Of a stretch of DNA of 64,000 nucleotides, positions 58,479 to 64,000 are shown piece after piece. Numbering within the stretch: position 1 is the first letter of the stretch; every line of letters starts with the position of its first letter. The translations under genes and the position numbers were made by a program. Below the pieces are notes generated by a model. The model worked only from the letters and a program-made list of their open reading frames with translations. It was not told where the DNA came from and searched no databases. The stretch is from Pelagomonas calceolata. Taxonomy: Eukaryota. Where the stretch lies: positions 1,240,001 through 1,304,000 of the forward strand of contig CAKKNE010000005.1 of assembly GCA_918797485.1 (NCBI GenBank), in the 5' to 3' direction.

Positions 58479-59222
58479 ATGGGCAAGGGCGGCATGCTCA
58501 GCGCCCAGAAAAAGCTCCTCGAGGCGACGGTCGCCGAGACCGGCGCCCAATTACAACAACAAGAACTGACGTACTACACAGCCAACTTCGGCAACATGAT
58601 GACGATGGCGTCCGTGATTGGTGGGTTCGCCTTCTCGGGCATCCTGATCTCGACGACGTACACGGGCGCCGGCGACGACGACGCGGGCTCCGGTTATATT
58701 GACGGTTCCGACCTGTGGATCTCGTGCACTTTTTATGGGCTGGCATCCGTGTCTGTGGGCGCCTGCATGAGCTGCGCTTTGATCTGCCTCGCGGTCAATG
58801 TAAGGGGGCCCGGCCTGGCGTTGCGGGGGAAGGATGGCTCTCTAAAAAAATCGGTGGATAGCATGCGGCGGTGGCAGAAGATTGCGTTCTACTTCTTGGG
58901 TGCTGGGGTCATTAGTTTCCATTTGGAAGGGCTGGCCTACGCGTGGCTCATGCTGCACCAGGACGGGGCGCAGCTCACAGTTACCATAGCGCTCGGAGCC
59001 TTCCTCGTCTCGATGATCACGGTGCTGGTGGTCATTTGGCGGGCCTTGAGGATAGAGGGCGCCATGGTGCAGGGCATGCTTTCCGAGAACCAGTTCTCCG
59101 AGGCCTATCGACGGCTCGCCGGTCAACAGGACTACGGCGCGACCGAGGCGGCCGAGGAGAAGGAGGAGCCGTCGATGACGGACTCGCTGCTCGCGAGCGT
59201 CGGCCTCGCTGGGGCTGTGTAA
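58479..59222 (+). CDS. Four-TM membrane protein, Orai/PGG-like
   Basis: ELTYYTANFGNMMTMASVIGGFAF, four hydrophobic helices, GPGLALRG..GSLKKSVDSM loop. Confidence 0.65.
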   Translation: MGKGGMLSAQKKLLEATVAETGAQLQQQELTYYTANFGNMMTMASVIGGFAFSGILISTTYTGAGDDDAGSGYIDGSDLWISCTFYGLASVSVGACMSCALICLAVNVRGPGLALRGKDGSLKKSVDSMRRWQKIAFYFLGAGVISFHLEGLAYAWLMLHQDGAQLTVTIALGAFLVSMITVLVVIWRALRIEGAMVQGMLSENQFSEAYRRLAGQQDYGATEAAEEKEEPSMTDSLLASVGLAGAV

Positions 59223-59241
59223 TTTTTTGTGTTACTACTTA

Positions 59242-60083
59242 TTAGTAGGGCTCCGCGCCGCGCGCCATCTCTGGCGACGCCGGCGCCGCGGCGTCCGGCG
59301 ACGCGAGCTCTGGCTTCTCTGGTGATGCGGGCGGGGTGTGGTCGTTATTCATCATCTTCCGGATGTCCGCGTCCGTTAAAATCTTGCCTTCGAAGGCGTC
59401 GCTGACTTTGATACAACAACCCTTCTTTGGCATGCACATGAATCCTAAGAAAGTGCACGCCATCGGCACGTACTCGCCTGTGTGGAGTTAGGGTCGCGCT
59501 GACGGCGTGGGGCGCCGGAAATCTGATTTCCACACGAATACTCGCTGCAGTTGGGCAATACGCAGCCGTCGCCGTCCCCCGCGATGTTCAGTCCTAAATC
59601 GTGCGCGAGGCAGCAGCACCGCAGCTCGACGAATAAAAATGTTGCCGGCGGCCGGCAGTAGATCGCTTGACTCCACAGCGTCTTTTCGCCCACGCCGACG
59701 CAGCCCGCGCATAACACAGTATTGTTCTGCTTCAGGACGATCTCGGGCCTTTCGGGGTAGAGCGCCTTCAACGTTATGCAGCAGCCCTTCGCCGGATACA
59801 GGGTATAGCCCAGCACGCCGCAGACCCGCGGCGCGTCGGCCGGCGCGGCCAGGCAGGCGAAGTCCTCCTGGAAGCAACACACCTCGACGTCGCCTGTGTG
59901 AAAGTCAAATGTGACGCGCCCACGCCATCGAGCAGGTCTCGCACTGGTTGCCTTCCACACAGGATCGGGGCCGTCTAAGCAGCCGTCGGGGACCGGGTCG
60001 AAGTAACAGTTCGAACAGCAACACGACTGCAGAATGTAAAATTCGCGCTTGGCCGGCATGAGCAGAGTCTGGGGCAGACACAT
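59242..60083 (-). CDS. Cys-rich protein with internal duplication; two introner introns (59478-59545, 59894-59971)
   Basis: PRVCGVLGYTLYPAKGCCI is repeated as PMACTFLGFMCMPKKGCCI across the spliced junction. Confidence 0.75.
59470..59545 (-). mobile_element. Short introner GC-AG intron (59478-59545, 68 bp)
   Basis: TSD GCGAGTAT/GCGAGTAC (7/8); termini GTGTGGAAATC / CTCCACACAG; splicing joins the two ORFs in frame. Confidence 0.85.
59894..59971 (-). mobile_element. Short introner (element 59894-59962); probable GC donor at 59971
   Basis: Termini CTGTGTGGAAGGCAACCAGTGCG / TTGACTTTCACACAG; TSD not clearly preserved; insert is in frame. Confidence 0.75.
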
Positions 60084-60441
60084 GGCTGTGTGGGGGGCTC
60101 TGTGCGCGGGCTGCCTACGCAATGCTGCTCTCTCCGAGGCAGGGGCAACCCGAGGCTGCCCGGAGACGCCCAGATCTATCTATGAGTCTGCCCGTCTGTT
60201 TAGCAAAGCGCTCTGCCAGATTTGCAATGTCATGCTCAGATCATGAGTGATCGGCGCGGTCGAGCCCGCGAGTCCTCGTCGACTCCTCGGCGGCAAGCAT
60301 ACGAGAGCTACATGGAGCAAGGCACCTTTGCGGTTTTCCCTAGAGCCCGTGTTGCGCTAGATTTTGGGCACCAAGCAGCGTCGCGGTGTAGCCAGCACAA
60401 GCCGCTCAGCACTGCAAAATCTCTCCAAAAAGCTGCCAGCC

Positions 60442-61242
60442 ATGCAGCGCGCCGCCGCCGCGGCGCTCCTCATAGCGATAACGCAGGCCGCCTGGGGCCC
60501 GAGGGAGGCCCTGAAACGCCACGAGGCGGAGCACGACGCGGCGCACGCCAAGGAAGCAGCCGGTGACGTCGCTCATCTAGCGGAAGCTGTGGAAACGAGA
60601 CGAGGCACCGTCGCGGCCATCAAGAAGACCGGTGTGGACATGTACGGGGATAAAAAAGCCATCGACGCCGTCAAGGACCTCCAGGCGGCCACTCGAAGGT
60701 ATCTTGCGGCGAAGTACGGGCAGGCGGATTCCTACACTCTAGATCTTCAAATAAAATTCCCGGAGAGCATGGGCGGAGATAGGGACGTTGTGACCATAGA
60801 AACGGCACCTATCTCATTGATGCCGCACGCCGTGCACGTCTTTCTGGACGCTGCTATTTCGAGGAAAGGCGAGACGTGGCGGTGTGCGTTCCACCGGAAC
60901 GCGGGACATGTTTTACAAGCTTTTCTGAGGGCTCCCGGTGCGAGAGGCCTCGCGTTCCAGGAATATGATGCACAATTCCCTCATGAACGACTGACGCTGG
61001 GTTTCGCGGGGCGACCCGGCGGCCCCGAGTTTTATATTAGCACGGTCGACAACGTGCGCAACCACGGACCGGGCTCTCAGGGCTCGAAGACTGAGGCCGA
61101 CTCGTGCTTCGCGAAAGTTGTCAGTGGCGCGGACGTCGTAGAAAGGATGCGCAAACAACCAGCACCAAAAGGCTTAGGTTTCGTGAACAACAAGGCCGAT
61201 TATATAGTTGTGGAGGACGTTCAGTTGAGGCCGCCCGCGTAA
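60442..61242 (+). CDS. Cyclophilin-fold (PPIase-like) secreted protein
   Basis: IETAPISLMPHAVHVFL, FHRNAGHVLQA, LAFQEY..FPHERLTLGFAGRPGGPEFYISTVDN..HGPG, ADSCFAKVVSG. Confidence 0.85.
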   Translation: MQRAAAAALLIAITQAAWGPREALKRHEAEHDAAHAKEAAGDVAHLAEAVETRRGTVAAIKKTGVDMYGDKKAIDAVKDLQAATRRYLAAKYGQADSYTLDLQIKFPESMGGDRDVVTIETAPISLMPHAVHVFLDAAISRKGETWRCAFHRNAGHVLQAFLRAPGARGLAFQEYDAQFPHERLTLGFAGRPGGPEFYISTVDNVRNHGPGSQGSKTEADSCFAKVVSGADVVERMRKQPAPKGLGFVNNKADYIVVEDVQLRPPA

Positions 61243-61528
61243 TGATGCTATTAATGTATGCTCCGAATACTCGATAGAGGCCCACGCGCACGCCAATACC
61301 GTACGTAAACCCGCGCGCGGCTAGCGGCCTGTAAGACACTAGGCTGAGGCTAGGCATAGGAAGCTAGCTAGCCGGGGCGCGGTGCCGGTGCAGCGCACAC
61401 AACTGGGTGCCTGGGTCGCTTAGCTGCTTCGCATCCGTCATTATTCGTCGCATCCCACGCGCAAAAAGGCTGCCTCCGACCAAGTTAGCACACGCCATTC
61501 CAAGGCAGGGCAGAGGCAGCGGGCAGCC

Positions 61529-62911
61529 ATGCGCGCGCGGCTGCCCTTGCTCGTCGCCGCCGCCGCGGCAGCCTGTGACTACTATCTGGACGACGGCACG
61601 TGCTGCAACGCCGGCAACTCCGAGGGTCCGCAGACGCTCCTCAAAGCGCCGGCGACGTTAATTGCCAGTGATGGCCTGAAGGCCGATCTACGGCTCGATC
61701 TCCAGTATCGACGGCATCCGAACGAGGCCTGGCAGCCCATCGGCAAGGATGCTGTAGTACCAACCCATAGCCGCGACGCGCACGTTTTTGTCGTGCGCGA
61801 CGACTTTGGCTCCGTAGCACACGTGCACGGGGCTTGGGAGGGCTCGGACTTTATACTGCGGGACGTGCCCTTCGTGAGCGGAGGAAATCACCGCATCCTG
61901 GCGTCCTTCGCCGTCGACGCGAACGTTCTCAACATCTGCGTCGACGAGTCGAGCGTGCACGCGCATCCGACGGCCGGCGTCCCGGGCCACATCTGGGTCC
62001 ACGCCGCGACGGAGTCCTCTGTTTCATTACCCGGTACGGAGACGACCACGCAAGACCCCTGGGACCTTTCAAAGACGCAGAACGCCACCTTGACGACTTT
62101 GGTGGACGGCGAGCTCCCGACGGCCTTCTCCACCCCACGCTTGCAATGCCCCGGCGGTCCCGAAGCGATCACACTGGACCTGGAGACGCCTTCCCTAGAG
62201 CTGGCGCATGCCCAATGCTCGCGACTTACTTGGCAAGCGTCGGCGCCCCTCACACCGTACTTGGGCGCCGCGGCCCATATACTGATAGCCCGGTTCAATG
62301 GTGATCTAATGCACACGCACGCGACAATACCAGAACGAGTGCTAGGCGACCCCTGCGCGGCGAGTTTCGTGGGTCATTTCGACGACCTGACGCCGTTGCC
62401 TACAAAACTGAATCACACGGTCGTCGGCGCCGTCGACTTTGATGAGCCTGGCATCTATCTGGTCGCGGCCTTCGTCGCGACCGGTGATGATGCTCTTGCG
62501 GCGTTCCACACCGTTCTGGTCGGCGAGGCTTGTGTCGCTGCGGAGGTGGTCCCTCACTGTGCGGGCGAATGGCGGCTTCCATCAACGGCCTGCGAGGCGG
62601 GCTTCCCGCGCGAGCCGTCGCCACGACCGACGCTTGCGCCGACGACGACGCCCGCGCCGATGTCCGGGTCGCGGGGAGCCCGAACGTCTAGTGGAGGCGA
62701 CGGAGGCGGACCCAAGGGGAACTTCAAGGTCGTCTTCGGCATGATCGTCTTCTTCGTGCCGCTCGGCCTGGCGCTGCTCTACTGCCTCCGGGGGCGCATC
62801 GTCATGTTTGCGCGGAAGGCGCGGCGCCGCGTTACGGCCGCGGTCTGTGCCACTAGTGGTACCACAGACTGTACGTGCGTCGAGATGCCTCCCCAGCGGG
62901 AATTCGCTTGA
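61529..62911 (+). CDS. Type I membrane protein with two His-rich putative metal-binding beta-sandwich domains
   Basis: Signal peptide, THSRDAHVFVVRDDFGSVAHVHG, LTPYLGAAAHILI..LMHTHA, FDEPGIYLV, Pro/Thr stalk, TM helix. Confidence 0.75.
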   Translation: MRARLPLLVAAAAAACDYYLDDGTCCNAGNSEGPQTLLKAPATLIASDGLKADLRLDLQYRRHPNEAWQPIGKDAVVPTHSRDAHVFVVRDDFGSVAHVHGAWEGSDFILRDVPFVSGGNHRILASFAVDANVLNICVDESSVHAHPTAGVPGHIWVHAATESSVSLPGTETTTQDPWDLSKTQNATLTTLVDGELPTAFSTPRLQCPGGPEAITLDLETPSLELAHAQCSRLTWQASAPLTPYLGAAAHILIARFNGDLMHTHATIPERVLGDPCAASFVGHFDDLTPLPTKLNHTVVGAVDFDEPGIYLVAAFVATGDDALAAFHTVLVGEACVAAEVVPHCAGEWRLPSTACEAGFPREPSPRPTLAPTTTPAPMSGSRGARTSSGGDGGGPKGNFKVVFGMIVFFVPLGLALLYCLRGRIVMFARKARRRVTAAVCATSGTTDCTCVEMPPQREFA

Positions 62912-63317
62912 CGTGCTCTTTTTCGCGCGTTCTCTCTTCTAATTTTCTGTTTCGTTATACTATTTTTCGGTGCTATGACTAGTGGGCGGAGCCCCTGGGG
63001 GGAGACACCGCGCGTCGCCGATTCATCGGCGGCGGGCGCGAGCCGCTGCAGGCAGTCCAATTTCTAGTGTCTTACAAAAACGCTAGCTCGCGCATACGAC
63101 ACCTCATCGGCCGAAAGCTCTCCGTCAACGCGATTCGATCGGTGGGCGAGCGAGCTGCAATACCTGCGACACCTACGCTCGCGGCTACGGATACTTTTGG
63201 CTGCTGCGAGAGCAGTATCACTACAAACCTCCCAAGGCCTCTCAAGGCGCAGCAGCGTTGCCAGGCGCGCACGCGGCCAGCGCGAGCCCCCAGAGCGAAA
63301 TATAGTCAGCAGCAGCA

Positions 63318-64000
63318 ATGCAGGCCCTGCGCCGCACGCTGGGCTTCGCCTCGCAAGCCACGGCGCGCAAACCGCGCGTCGTCGTGCTCGGCAGCGGCTG
63401 GGGCGGCAATAAAGTGGCGCGCTACCTCGACAAGACCAAGTTTGATGTGAGGGTCGTGTCGCCGGCGAACCATTTTCTGTTTACTCCTCTGTTACCCTCG
63501 ACGGCGGTGGGAACCTTAGAATTCCGAGCCGTCCAAGAACCAGTTCGAACGATCAAGGGCCTGGGCAAGTACCACCAAGCGAAAGCACAAAAACTAGACG
63601 TCGAGAACCGCATCGTGAATTGCAGAGATATATTTAGCGGAGATACCTTTGACATAAACTACGACTTCCTCGTCATAAGTGCGGGCTGCAAGACGAACAC
63701 GTTCGCTGTTCCTGGTGTGACGCAAGAACAGCAATCGACCGTATTCTTCCTGAAGCACCTCTATCATGCAAGACGCATCCGGGACCGCATCCTCGAGTGT
63801 TTTGAGAGGGCCGCGTCGCCCGTCGCGTCCGAGGAGGAGCGGCGGGACTTATTGCATTTCGTCGTCGTGGGCGGCGGCGCGACGTCGTGCGAGTTTGCCA
63901 CTGAATTGTCGGAGTTCCTCGAGAAGGATGTGAGGAAGTGGTATCCTGACCTTGCTGATTTAGTTTCTTTGTCCATAGTGGAGGCCGGTCCAAATTTGTT
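63318..64000 (+). CDS. Type II (alternative) NADH:ubiquinone oxidoreductase, mitochondrial; runs off the window (absent from the ORF track)
   Basis: [75 protein letters not shown]. Confidence 0.95.
   Translation, partial: MQALRRTLGFASQATARKPRVVVLGSGWGGNKVARYLDKTKFDVRVVSPANHFLFTPLLPSTAVGTLEFRAVQEPVRTIKGLGKYHQAKAQKLDVENRIVNCRDIFSGDTFDINYDFLVISAGCKTNTFAVPGVTQEQQSTVFFLKHLYHARRIRDRILECFERAASPVASEEERRDLLHFVVVGGGATSCEFATELSEFLEKDVRKWYPDLADLVSLSIVEAGPNL

Noticed and set aside
1..64000. Autonomous transposase, tRNA, rRNA or viral insert
   Set aside because: No DDE, RT or integrase motifs and no structural RNA recognised by eye; small ncRNAs cannot be excluded without covariance-model searches.

Overview
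Eukaryotic, GC-rich, very gene-dense nuclear DNA with about 40 protein-coding genes, mostly intronless, and intergenic gaps of tens to hundreds of bp. Bipartite plastid-targeting-like N-termini and TIR/TSD-bounded introns suggest a pelagophyte alga (Pelagomonas/Aureococcus-like); this assignment is inference. Housekeeping genes include glutamate synthase (5' part), CAP, RBX1, RPL15, UTP18, a PI4-kinase, a PIG-X-like protein, a serine carboxypeptidase and a type II NADH dehydrogenase (5' part). Three signals stand out. (1) An intronless ~10-kb megasynthase (37583-47665, minus) with the architecture adenylation-KR-ACP-KS-AT-KR-ACP-ACP ends not in a thioesterase but in a membrane-embedded triple beta-helix terminal domain like that of epsilon-poly-L-lysine synthetase; it is a candidate membrane-bound polyketide/hydroxy-acid polymerase and lies tail-to-tail with an aminotransferase. 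(2) A family of introner DNA-transposon introns with CTGTGTGGAAATC...TTTCCACACAG termini and 8-bp target-site duplications is present at several stages of decay. (3) A 20-23-bp CTAG-bounded motif (consensus CTAGTGTCTTACA-N-CGCTAG) recurs at least 12 times, and I found it only in intergenic DNA upstream of start codons. All calls come from reading motifs by eye; no searches were run.
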